This document shows positions 13,101 through 24,727 of a DNA stretch of 64,000 nt, in pieces; the stretch's first letter is position 1; each line of letters opens with the position of its first letter. The notes under the pieces are model-generated. The model was given only the letters and a program-made list of their open reading frames with translations, was not told the DNA's origin and searched no databases. The DNA is from Monocercomonoides exilis PA203 (Eukaryota; Protista; Preaxostyla). The DNA lies in the NCBI GenBank assembly GCA_001643675.2, contig LSRY02000049.1:1-64000 (forward strand). The letters are read 5' to 3'. The translations under genes were made by a program, and so were the position numbers.

Positions 13101-16100
13101 CAGTGGGTTCATTGTCTTCATCGCCATCATTTGCCACAGGTGTCGCAGCATGCACGCTATTGAGGGAAGAACAGAGAAAGATGACATATTCATTTGTGTG
13201 TGTGGTTGATTCAGCGCTTCGTGTGGAATCGCTTGTGGTGGACAGGGGGATGTGTCTGCAGAGGTCGTCGGTGATTGGGTGCAGTGGGGTGTGCGATGTT
13301 GAGCTGAGGGGGTGTGTGTTTGAAGGGGTTGAGAAGACAGAAGGGAGTGGGGCGTGTGTGGAGGGAGAAGTGAGAGGAGAGGGAACAAAGAGAGAGGGAC
13401 GAATTGTGGTGGAAGGGTGCACATTCAGGCGGTGCAAGACAGCGGAGCAGGAGTCGAGTGGGGGCGGGGTGTGTGCAGCGCTTTGGGGGAAGAGCACGTT
13501 GGTGGTGAACGGCACAGGGGTGTTTGAGGAGTGCAAGGCGAGCGAGGGGAGCAGCGGGAAGGGGAGGGGAGGAGGGGTGATGATAAGGGTGAATGATGAA
13601 GAGAGCTGGCTTGGGATATGTAGAGGGGTTGTGTTTTCGAGGGAGAAGCCGAACTGGGCGAGATGGGGGCGAGATGTGTTTGTGGATTGCGGAAGCGGAG
13701 TACTGCTGGAGGGGAAGATCAGTGCGGAGAGTGTCGGGTTTGCGGATCCGTTGGAAATGGCGGATGATGCGCTGGGGGTGTGTGGGGTGGAGAACGGGAG
13801 TGCTGTGCCTGTGATACCTCTGTTTGTGTATTTGCTTGTGCAGCCTGGGAGGATCCGTGTGGATGGCAGGTCAGGAGCAGATCATGTGTTCTGCGGGTTT
13901 GAGTTGTTTGAGTGTCTGACAGTGGACTATTGTTTTGAGGAGCGAAGCAGTGTGAATGCGAGCAGGATAGAAGTGTGCAGCGAAGCAAGGCTGGGAGCGG
14001 AGATGAAGGTTGAGTCGTTTGGGCTGTCGATATGCTCGCAGAGCGAGGCGGAGGCGCGAGTGGATGTGGAGGATGAAGGGGCGCGGAGTGAAGAAGGGCT
14101 CATCAGCTGCTCTTTCCCGTTCAGTGCAAGTGGCACGTTGTTCTGGCTGGCTCGCAGACTGCAAGTGGGGAGGGAGTGGCTGATTCTGTCGAGGGAGTCG
14201 CTGAGGTTGAGCAAATGCCGGGTGGGGTTTGGATTTGAGGATGGGGAATCGGCTGGGTTCGGTGCGATATGTGTGGTGGGAGGGAGGATGGAGCTGAGGG
14301 AGTGTGTGCTGAGTGTGGAGGCGGAGCTGGAGAAGAAGGCAGCGGTGGATGTGAGGGGTTACAGCACTGTGAATGTGGCAGGATGTGTGTTTGAGGGGTG
14401 GCGGAATGGCAGAGGAGACGGAGGCAGCATGGCGATAAGAAGCGAGGGAGGGGAGGCAGGGAGCGCAGAGATCAGGAACACCACGATAAACGGTTGCTCT
14501 TGCGTTGGGGGTTGCGAGCTGAAAGGGGGTGGGATGAGCATTGCGATTTCAGAGGAGGATGAGTTTGTTGTGCACAACGCTTCGTTGAACAGGTGTTCTG
14601 TTCCGTCTGGGAGCAGCGAGGCATGCGGTGCAGAGAGAGGAGTGGGAGGAGGGGTGTTTGTGGAAGCGGTTGGTGGAGCTGCGGGTTTTGCGCTGAGGGA
14701 GATGAAGTTCAGCGGGTGCGATGGGTGGAAGGGGAAGAATGTGTTTGTGTGTGGGAGGGAATTGGACAGGATAGTGGACAAGGAGCATCTGAACTGGACG
14801 ATGAGCAGCGACGAGCTGGAGCAGCTGGAGTGGATGAGTGGGTGGGAGATGAGCAGCACGGGAACAAGGCTTGCGATCCCGCTTGCTGTGTATTTGTGGG
14901 GCAACTTCAGCATGGAGGGGTATGTGGATGGGGCAGGAGGGGAGGACTTCAGCGGGTGTGGGCAGCCCGTGATTCCGTGCAAGACGATCGATGGGATGGT
15001 GAGCATGAGGCTGGGGAGAGCCACAGCGACATCGAAGTGTGTGATTGGTGTGCTGGGGGAGAGTGCTGCGAGAGGGGCAGTGGAGCTGTCGAAGGCAGGG
15101 TCATACAAGTTGTGTGGGTGCGGGGAGAGGAGGCGGATAGTTGTGGAAGACGGTGGAGGTGGAGCGCAGCGGGGGTATTTTGGATGCCATGTGGAGTGCA
15201 GGTTTGAGAAGGCAGAGTTTGCGGTGCCAGACGAGCTGTCTGGGCAGCTGCGGAGTCTGTTTGAATGCGAGGGAGGAAAGGTGGGATTGAGGGACTGCAG
15301 CGTGAAGGCGCGAGAGACGGGGAAAGGAGTGTCGTTCAGCGTGATAAGCGCGGAGTCTGGGGTTGTGGAGGTGGCAGGGCTGGAGGTGGAGGGGATGGAG
15401 TTTGGGGAGCGCAGCATGGTGGTGATGGACGGGAGTGGGGGAGGGGATGTGAGCGGGAGGATGGATGATGTGGAGCTGGACGGAGTGAGCAGCAAGTCAG
15501 GTGGAGGGCTGGCTGAGCTGAGGAGCTGCTCGTGTGTTGTGTGCGAGGGGTGGATGGTTCGGAGTGTGGAGCAGGTGAATGGGAGTGTTGTGCATGCAGA
15601 AGGGGTGAAGGAGCTGAGGATTCGGAGCAGCGAGTTCCGGAGGTGCTGGCGGGAGATCCGGAACGGGAGTGTGCTTGTTGGATGGGTGTGTGGGGGTGAA
15701 GAGGCGGAGGTGTGGAACTGCACGATGGAGGAGGATGGGACAAGAGACGGGTTCTGCGGGGGAAGTGTGTGCTGTGGAGTTGGGGAAGGGGGCATGCTGA
15801 GGTTTGACGAGAGTGTTGTGAGAAAGAGCGAGACGATGGTGCGGAACGGGGTTGGGGGTGGGCTGTATGTGGAGTTCTTGTCGAGGGAGCTGATCTACTC
15901 AGTGAAGAGTGTGGAGTTTGAGGAGAATGTGGCGTGGCGGGGAAGGAACGCGTATGTGGTGTGCGAGGGAGCGCGGGCAATGATCCAGTACGAGCTGTGG
16001 AAAGGGACAACAACAGAGGAGACGATAGAGGAGAACGATTTGTGGGTGTATGAGAAAGGCAGCACAGGAGAGGGAGAGACGATGAGGAAGCATCTGTTTC

Positions 16101-19100
16101 CGGGGAATGAGATGATTGTGTATGTGGACTCGAGCGGGAGAGAAGGGGAAGGGTGCGGGGCGTACGATGACTACGACTTCTGTGCAGACCTGGTGAGCGG
16201 GTATGCTGTGATGAAAGGAGCACAGCACATCCTGCACATTGCAAAGGATGCGGCGCTGAACGGGGAGCTGATGCGGACAAGGGATCCGCTGACGATCCGG
16301 GGAGGGAAAGAGAAGTCGGTGATGAGGGTTGGGGAAGGCGGGCATCTGGTGCAGAAGTCGGAGGTGGAGTCGAACACATTGGTGCTGAGCCAGCTTGTGG
16401 TTGAGCTGGGGAGCGGAGGGGGTGTGGAGGCAGAGCTTGTGTTGGTGGAGAAGGGGAGGGTGGCTGTGGACAACTGTGCATTTGGAGAGGAGAGTGTGGG
16501 AAGGGGATCGGGGATGTGGATCATCGGGATGAGCGGTGGGAGGTGCATGATGGACAATGTGAGTGTGAGGAACATGGAGTTTGAAGAAGGATGTGGAGTG
16601 GTGAGGGTGGATGGAGGGACGGCAGAGATTGGATGCAGCAACTTGACTGCGTGCAGGACAGATGGGAAAGGGCTGGTTGTTGGAGGCGAGGGAGGAGATG
16701 TGAAGATCAGCGGGTGTGCGTTTTTGGGGTGTGAGGCAGGAGGCGGGAGTGCAGTGAGGTTGTGTGGTGGGTCGAGTGGGAGGATTGGGAATGGGAGTGT
16801 GTTTGAGGAGTGCCTGACACAGGGTGGGGAAGGAGGGGCGATGAAGTGGGAATTGAGCGGAGGAGGCAGATGCACGATGGATGGGGCAGGGGTGCGGAGG
16901 AACTGTGCAGAAGGGGAGGAAGGGAGGGGAGGGGGTGTGTTTGTTGGGATTGTGGAGGAAGGGGATACGAACTTTGAGTTTGGGAGTGGCGTTGAGTTTG
17001 GGGGGAACAGGGCGCAGGCAGGCAAGGATGTCAATGTGATGTGCAGCAGCCTGAACAGCTCGATCCAGGCATCGCGGTTTCTGTTTGAGCTGAGGAGTGG
17101 AGAAGGAGTGTGGAGGTGTGGAATGGAGGGGACGGACGAAAGCATGTTTGAGGGGGTGGATGTGGATCTGATGCTGTTTCTGGTGGAGTACAAGGGGGAG
17201 AGTGTGTATGTGTGGAGCGAGGGGATGGACGTTGCAGGGTGTGGGAAGCAGGAAGTGGAGTGTCGCTCGTTTTGGCGGGGGCTGAAGAATTTGAGGGATG
17301 GGGCAGGAGAAAAGAAAGTGTTTGTGAAGGGGTGGACAAGCATCGCAGATTGCCACGATGTGAGTGGGCTGAGGATAAGCGCAAGGGATGATGGGGAAAC
17401 CTCGGAGTTGCGGGTGGGGAGCAAGCTGCCGAGCGGAAGTGGGGGAGGGGTGCTGAGCTCGACAGCGTCTCTGGCGATTGTCTCGCAGGTGTTTGTGCTG
17501 CCAAGCAGTTTTGATGGAGAGGTGGGCTGTGTGATATCAAGCCGAACACGAGAAGGGTTGCTGGTGCTGAGCGGGTGCTCGTTCAGCCTGGTTGAAGAAG
17601 GAGGAAATGGTGAGGCAGGTGAAGGAAGGCTGGGATACGAGCTGGTCTGTGTGGAGGGAGGAAGCGCAGCGATGGAAGACTGCAGGATACGGTGGATGGA
17701 GTTTGAGAAGAGTCCGCTGCTGTTTGTGGAAGCAAGAGTGAGTCTGGAGAATTGTGTGCTGGATGGGGTGCTGTCAGGTGGAGGAGGCGGAGGGGCAGCG
17801 AGGGCTGTGTGTGGAGAGGAAGGTGTGTTTGTGGTTGAGGGAGGCGAGTTTGGCGGGTGCGAGAACGTTGGGGCAGGAAGCAAAGGCGGGGTGTTTTTTG
17901 TTGACAGCAGGACTTCGAGGATGGCAGAGCCGTTTGGATTGAGGGAGATCAGGGTGGAAGGCACGAACAAGGCGGAGATAGGAAAGCAGCTGTTTATTGC
18001 GTCAGATGATCTGAACAAGACAGTGAGAGAGGAGACGATGGGGTGTGTGGTGGGGCTGAGCGGGATGGATGAGAACAGCTGTGTTGGATGGGAGGAGAGG
18101 TTCGGGGTGATAGATGTGAGGGTATTTCTGGTGAAAGCAGTGCTGGAGGTGGTGGCTGTGTCGGCGAGGGGGCATAACATTTTGGGGTGCGGGAAGGACG
18201 AGATGCCGTGCGAGACAGTGTGGGAGGGGATGAGGCACCTGGATTTGGGGAGCAGGGAGAAGGCGCTGGTGATCGTGGATGAAGCACTTGTGTGCGACGA
18301 TCTGGATGTGAGCGATGTGAAGATTGGAGGGATGGGCAGCGAAGAAGATGAGAAGCACTTGTCAAGGATCCGGTTTGAGAAGAGTGGAGAAGGTTGTGGA
18401 GAAGGTGGGGGAGAGATGGGAAATGGGGTGATGCGGAACAAGGGGGTGTTTGAGATGTGGATGATGGAGGTGGGTGCAGGAGAGGGGTTTGGGAATGCAG
18501 AAGGAGCGCTGATTGTGAGCGAAAGGGGAAGAGTGGTTGTGAGGGAGAGTGTGTTTGAAGGGAGGGGAGAGGATGGGGAGAGGAACGAGTTTGCGCTTGT
18601 GGAGATAGCGGGAGGGGAGCTGGTAATGGAGAATGTGGAAATGAAAGGGGTGTGTGTGAGGGGTTGTGTGGTGAGGATGCGGGAAGGGAGCGAGATGAGA
18701 GCGGAAGGGCTGAGTGTTGGAATGGCGCGGCTGTATGATGGAAGTGTTGTGGAGGTGGGAGAAGGGCTGGGTGCCGAGAATGGGAAGAAGGGGACGGTTG
18801 TGGAGATGAACAAGTCGGAGATTGTGGATGTGAAAAGGGAGGTTGGGAGAGGGTGTGTGGTTGACGAGCGGGGGGAGGGGCTGAGGGGGAGTGTGAGTGT
18901 GCGGATGGTGGGGGTGAGGATGCACACGTGCCAGTCGCTGGGATCGCTGGAGGGGGGAGGGGTGTTTGGAGAGCTTCGGGGAGAGGGGCAGATGGAGGTG
19001 GAGAACTGCTGGATGGTGCAGTGCAGCAGCAACGGGGCAGCAGGAAGAGGAGGCGGGGTGTATGTGAGGACGGTGCTGAAGACAGAGCTGAAGCTGGTGG

Positions 19101-22100
19101 TGAAAGAGGGGGAGTTTGACGGGAATGTTGCGCTGTATGGGAGGAATGTGTTTGTGGAGTGCTTTTGCATCGAGGAGCAGATCAACGAGACGCAGTTCCG
19201 GCTGAAGCTGAGCGGGATGGTGCAGGAGCACCTGTTCAGCGGGGTGGACCGGCAGGAGCACACAGAGGTGGTGGATCTGATGAAGTTCATCCGGGTGTAT
19301 GAGGCGTCGACGATATTTGTGGGGAGCAGAGGGGAGAAGAAGGGGAAGAACGCGAGGCAGTGTGGAAGCTTGGAGGAGCCGTGCCTTTCGCTGGAGTATG
19401 GGTGGGGGCATGCGGTGTCGGACTTTGAGTGCCGGCTGCTTGTGATGGGGGAGTGCGAGCTGAACGGGGATGTGGATCTGAGGGAGGTGGTTGTGAAGCC
19501 TGTTGAGAGGGATGTGGGGCGTGTTTGTGTTTGTGTTGGAGGATGTGGAGGTGGTGGTGGAGGAGGTGGAGGAAAAGGAGGAGCGGGAGCAAGAAGCGGT
19601 CTGATGGAGATGAGTGGGAGTGTGGAGGTGGAAAGGGTGGCATTTGAATTGGGGAGTGTGGAGCGGGGGAGCTATGAATGGCTGATGCGAGTGCAGGAAG
19701 GGACGCTGGAGCTGGAAAAGTGCTCGTTTTTGTCGGGTGGGAGTGAAAAGTCGGGGTTTGTGAAAAGGATTGTGTGCTGCTTGGGAGGGGTGTTGGTGGG
19801 AAAGAATGTTGAGATGAGGATGCTGGATGTGGTGTGTGGGGTTGTGTGCAAAGAGGGGATGGTGGAGGTGGAGGGGATGAAGGCGAGCAACATGGACTGT
19901 GGGGAGTGTCTGATGCGCTGCGAGGATAGCTTTGTGGGGATCGATGGAATGAGTGCAAATGGGATTTGTGTGGGGAAAGGGCCATTGGTTGAGGTGGATG
20001 GGAAGGGAAAGGACAAGACGGGGGAGAGGAATGGAAAGAGCTGGATGAGGGGGGTGAGGGCAGAGAACATGAGCAGCGGTGGGGAAACAGCAGTGTTGAA
20101 GGTGGAGAGGTGGATGGATGGGGAGGTGACGAACTGCTCGTTTGGCAGGTGCGATGGGGAAGGGACTGGAGGGAGGCTGATGGTGTTGGGAGGGTGCAAA
20201 GGGGTTGTGGTGAGCACATGTGTTTTGGATGGAAGGGGCAGAGGCGAGGGGGATGAGCGGAGGGGTGGGAATTGGGAGGGAGAAGTGTGCAAATGGAATG
20301 GATCGGCAGGGGAGTTTGAAGGATGCGAGGCGGTTGTGAAAGACACAACAGTCTCGAATTCAGGAGAGGGCGGGCTTTCTGTTTGTGGAGGAAGTGTGGA
20401 GATTGAAGATGGGAAGTTTGAGAACAACAACCCATCAATTGAAGGATATCCCTCAATGAGAAGAAACATTCTCTGCTCCGATAATGGAGTGTTGAATGTG
20501 ATGAGCCTGAAAGGAGGAGACGGATGGGAAAGAAACACATCCTTGTGGATATTGAATGAAGGATGTGAATTGGGTGGGATTGCTTCTGAGAGAGCATCAT
20601 CGCTGTTCATCCCAGTTGTGGAAGAGGCGAGGAATGAGACAGCATCTGATGGGAGAACAATCATCACGCTGAGTGGGAGACTTCTTCTTCCGTGCAATGT
20701 TTGGTTGAAGTTGAGCTTCAGGAATGGAAGGGAAGAAGTGGTTGAGAGCTATGGGGTTGGTGAAAGGGAAAGTGTGTCAGAGAACGAAATTGTTGCTGCT
20801 GTTTCATCGGGTCAGATGGCAATAGTGGGAGCAGAGACAGAAGTGTCTGTGAGTCTTCTATTTGGCAATCTTGATACTCCATCTGCCACTGATTCTTTCA
20901 TATTGAAGAACAGAAGCGATCCCAAGGCAACTGAAGATGAAAGAATTGTTGAAGGAGGAAAAAAGGAAAGATCAATATGGCCAATAATCGTAATTGTGCT
21001 TGTTGTGATTTTGCTGATAGTTCTTATCGTTGCAGTTGCATTTATTATTCGATGGAAGAAGGCAAAGGATGAGAACAACGATTTGAGAGAAATTGTGAAT
21101 GATAACATCAGAAAAGATCCGAAGGCATTTGAGATGGTGACGATGGAAATGTCACCGGAGGAGCAATGGAGAAGAGCAGAGAGGGAAGCTGAGAAGAAGA
21201 ACGAAGAGAGGATCAAGAGGAGGGTGTATGCGAAAAGTCTGCAGCATTCAGAGTCATCAGAGCATTTGTTGAGTGAGAATGGATCGACTGAATACATATT
21301 TGGGAGTGATTCAGACAAGATCCCTCAATGGATACTGGAGAAGGTGGATGAGAAGGAGGAGGAAGAAGAGACAAATAAGAGAACACCTTCTCCATCCGTC
21401 TCATCCACTTCAACAACTGATTCAGATTCTTCTTTTGTTCGAGTGGAGGATTTGTGTCCAACAACATCATCGATGTCGAATCTGGTGGATGCGATGGCTT
21501 GCTCATCTCCACATGAAAAGCTGATCGTGGACTTGAGGGATTCGCTGTTCATGTTATTACATGGAAGGAACAAGACAAAGGAGATGGCAATTGGATGTCT
21601 TCAAGAGAGGGAGCAAACTGCTGCCCAAATCCTGTTCTGGGTGGCGAATGGAGCACTTCATTCATTTGATGAATGTGAAGTGCCACTTCAGTCGCTGACA
21701 AATCTGAGTCCACACATTGTGCTGTTCTCAGAGCATATGGTGATCTGCATTGCCAAGCATTCCGACTTCTCTTCAGATGATTTTGAGTCGTCATCCATCT
21801 CTTCATCAAGTGTTTTCACATCAGCAAGTGATGATGATGACAGAGACTCTCTGCTCTCGTCTGCCTTTGAGGATGAGGATGATTTCAAAAAAGAGTGTTT
21901 GAGGTGGAAGGCGCCAGAGCTGCTGAATGGGAGGAAGAAGCATGCGACGAAGAAGACAGTTGTGCTTTCGGTTGGGATGATGATGTGGGAGTGCCTGACG
22001 CTTGATGTCCCGTTTGGGAAGTATGAGGCGGAGGTGGCAGGGCAGAAGATGGTGAACGGAGAGAGGCCGTGTGGAGGGGAGAGTGAGGCAAGTGGGATGC

Positions 22101-22327
22101 ATGAGATGGTGAAGGGATGCTGGAAGGCAGACAGTGGGGAAAGGCCAACGTTGCCTGGTGTGACGCGGAAGTGCTTTGAATTCTTTCCGGCTGGGGCGAC
22201 AGTGGTGACGATGAGCGATGCGGTGGGGTGTGAGGGTGGGAGCGAGGATGCAGCCAACAGCGAAGAGATGGAGAGCATGATTGGAGAGAGCGAGCTGAGT
22301 GTAGTGCGAGGCTCGCCAGCCCAATGA
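10126..22327 (+). pseudogene. Giant (~4,000 aa) receptor-like protein: signal peptide, GGA/Cys-rich parallel beta-helix-like repeats, single TM, C-terminal pseudokinase; left copy has a premature TAA (10276) and two 1-nt deletions (~11207, ~12002)
   Basis: ORFs 10030-10278, 10330-11220, 11217-12023 and 11894-22327 align end-to-end with the right-arm copy. Repeated GGAIY/GGGVFV..F..N and CG...PC.T/S motifs. TM IWPIIVIVLVVILLIVLIVAVAFII. Kinase C-lobe motifs RWKAPELL..VGMMMWECLTLDVPF..GERP. Confidence 0.75.
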
Positions 22328-23269
22328 AGAAACTGGGCACTGGAGCAGAATCGTGAAAGTGAATGCATATGCGAGCGAAAATGTGTGGAGGAAATGAATT
22401 GAGAATGAGCAATCGATGGGGTCTGACCTGGTGGGTGGAATAACGAAAGGAAGGCAGAGGACGGATGAAAACAATGATGATTGGAGTTGGCGAATGGAAT
22501 GGAAATGGGACTGGGAATAGTTGGTGGTGTGTGAGTTCAACTCTTTCACTGAAAGGGTGTTGAATGGAGCACTTGTGGAAGGGTGGTGCGGTGGGGTTCA
22601 AGGAGCGGAGAGAAGCGGAGTTGTCAGCTGGTGCATTTGTGGAAGTGCTTTCGAACAATGGAGAGCTTTTTCATTCATTCATTTGTTTGTTTGTTTATTC
22701 ATTATTTTTTTTTTATTGTGAGTTTTTTTATATTTTGTGTGTGTGTGTGTGTGTGTGTGTGAATTTTTGTTGTTGGCAGTGCTGAATGGTATGGGGATTG
22801 CTGATCTTGTTGAACAATCGAATTGTGCCATCTTTTGATTGGTGCTTTTTTCTCTGTTGGCTTCAACATTTTTTGATGCAGAACAAATCGAAAAACACTT
22901 TGAAAAAATACAGAACCAGAACCAACAGCTCTGCTGACATTTCTTTGTCCACTTTCTCTTTCGAAAGCGTCAAATTGTTCATTTCTTTCGTTCCTTTTCA
23001 TTTTCAACCATCTCTTCCATTTTCTCGCTTTGAGCTGCAGTTGAACCATTCCAACAATTCAGAAGACTCTGATGTTTCATATCACTTCCGAAGAAGAGGA
23101 AACAACAAAACATGAAAAGGAGCTGCTCACTGTGAAGAGAGAAGAAACTCCTCGTGAAAAGAGGAAGAGGCATTCCTTGGAATTCACACTTTTTCAAATA
23201 CTGTTTTGATGGCTGAAGGTCAAAACACCATTTGAAAAACCCATGGAAACGCATCTGCCAAAACAACAC

Positions 23270-23800
23270 TTTTGAAAAACAAAGATGCCGATGATGAGAA
23301 GTCGGAATTGCTGGAATGCTCGGGCTTCAAAAACACAAGTTAACAACTGCTCTGTATTTGTGAAATGTGCAGTGTGTGGAGCGAAGGTCACAACTTCGAT
23401 CTCTGCTTCCTTGAATATTTCACGCATAGGAGGATTTGAACTGCATGATTGCATGAGCAGAGGAATCAATCTGAGGCATTATTCTCTTCAGTCACATTTT
23501 CTTCATTCGGTGATGGATGGAAGAAGAACAACAAACGAGAGCTTGTTGAGTGATGTTTGATCCATCCAAAATTGAATTTGGTGAAATATCAAGAGAAGGT
23601 GAAAATAGCATTGAATGCTTTTTTTGTTGAGTTGGAGATGGAGCTGAACAATTGAGTGAAGTGCGAAGCAATGTGCAGCGATTCCTGAATAAAGAGAGTT
23701 GTTTGGACTCGGTTCGACAGCTTTTTTGAATCGAGATTGTTCATCAGCAGGATGAGCAAGGACACAGCTCGATGAAATTGGAATTCAATGCGAAGACTCA
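23270..23800 (-). mobile_element. Degenerate pogo/Tc1-mariner-type (DDE_1-like) transposase relic, left arm
   Basis: Broken frames give ADE, WMDQTSLNKLSFVVLLP, IDSSAH and EIEVVTFAPHTAH..LTCVF. These follow the DDE_1 motif order N-x-DE / GWM..F.P / LLlD...H / lPphttH.lQPlD..vF. Many stops are present. Confidence 0.6.
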
Positions 23801-24239
23801 TTCATGCTGAATGGCAATTCTTCTGAAAAATGATGTTTTTCTTGAGTTTTTCGTAAAGTCTCTTCTGCTCCATTTTCAAGCAAAAACAAACATCCCATTT
23901 TGAGTGCGGATTGCAGATCCAACACACACACTTTCTCGAAGATGTTATTTATGGCTTGATTATTTTATTTTTTCGTTAAGCGAAATTAATTGAGTTGAAA
24001 CGAAGAGTTGATTGAAACAAAAGATTATTTTTCACATTTTGAAACCGAACAAAAGCGATCTTTCAAAAAGGAAAAAGATTCATGAATCATTTCATTCCGT
24101 TTTTGCAAAGATGTTTCATTGGATTGAAAACATCTTCTTTGAAGCAATCAATCGACCAATCGTCACTTGCTTTCTCTGCGATGTTTTCTGTGCCATACGA
24201 TCCCCTATTAATTTGAATATCGTATTCAAAATGCAATAT

Positions 24240-24725
24240 TGGGTAATTCATTTTGAAAAGTCGCAAATGGATAATTTTCAAATAAATCAAAAATTTCATA
24301 TGGCTAATTTTTTTTGAAAAGTTCCTTTTGTTTATTTTTCTAATATAATAAAAATTTCATATTTCGATCTAATTTCTGTTTCCACTCACCATATTTCTCT
24401 GTCGTGAAAGCAAAATCTTGACATTGGTATAATTTCTATTTTTGTGAAGTTTCATGAGAAAGAACAGAAATTTGAGAGAAATATGAAATTATTATTTTAT
24501 TCGAAAAATAAACAAAAGGAACTTTTCAAAAAAAATTAGACATATTTTGCTCAAATTTCTGTTTCCACTCACATATCTTCTTAAGAATGTGTTTAATAGC
24601 ATTATCCAGAAATAGATTCCATATTAGAGAAGTTTGGTGTATGTCAAGAAAAATTTGAGCTAAATATGAAATTTTTGATTTATTTGAAAATTAAACATTT
24701 GCAACTTTTCAAAAAGAATTACCCA
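24240..24725. mobile_element. Palindromic MITE-like element (host) with ~60-bp terminal inverted repeats
   Basis: 24240-24301 (tgggtaattcattttgaaaag...aatttcatat) is the reverse complement of 24664-24725 (atatgaaatt...aaaagaattaccca). Confidence 0.75.
24301..24542. mobile_element. 242-bp palindromic MITE of the same family nested in the previous element, flanked by a TA duplication
   Basis: ~80-bp inverted repeats at 24301-24381 and 24462-24542. TA at 24299-24300 and 24543-24544. Removing the element restores a continuous host arm (aatttcata|ttttgctcaaatttctgtttcc). Confidence 0.75.
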
Positions 24726-24727
24726 TG

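Larger units (their letters stand above)
4271..24230 (+). repeat. Left arm of a giant inverted duplication (>=20 kb)
   Basis: 4271-4280 (tgttcttgac) is the reverse complement of 63991-64000. All ORFs are mirrored (e.g. 5456..7720+ vs 60548..62812-). Homology fades at ~24205-24230 against ~44035-44061. Confidence 0.97.

Noticed and set aside
16171-19290. Long antisense ORFs (1039, 752, 602, 533, 485, 478 aa etc.) opposite the giant gene and GH31
   Set aside because: Pro/Ser/His/Thr-rich shadow frames produced by the G-rich coding strand; they have no domain motifs and break differently in the two arms.
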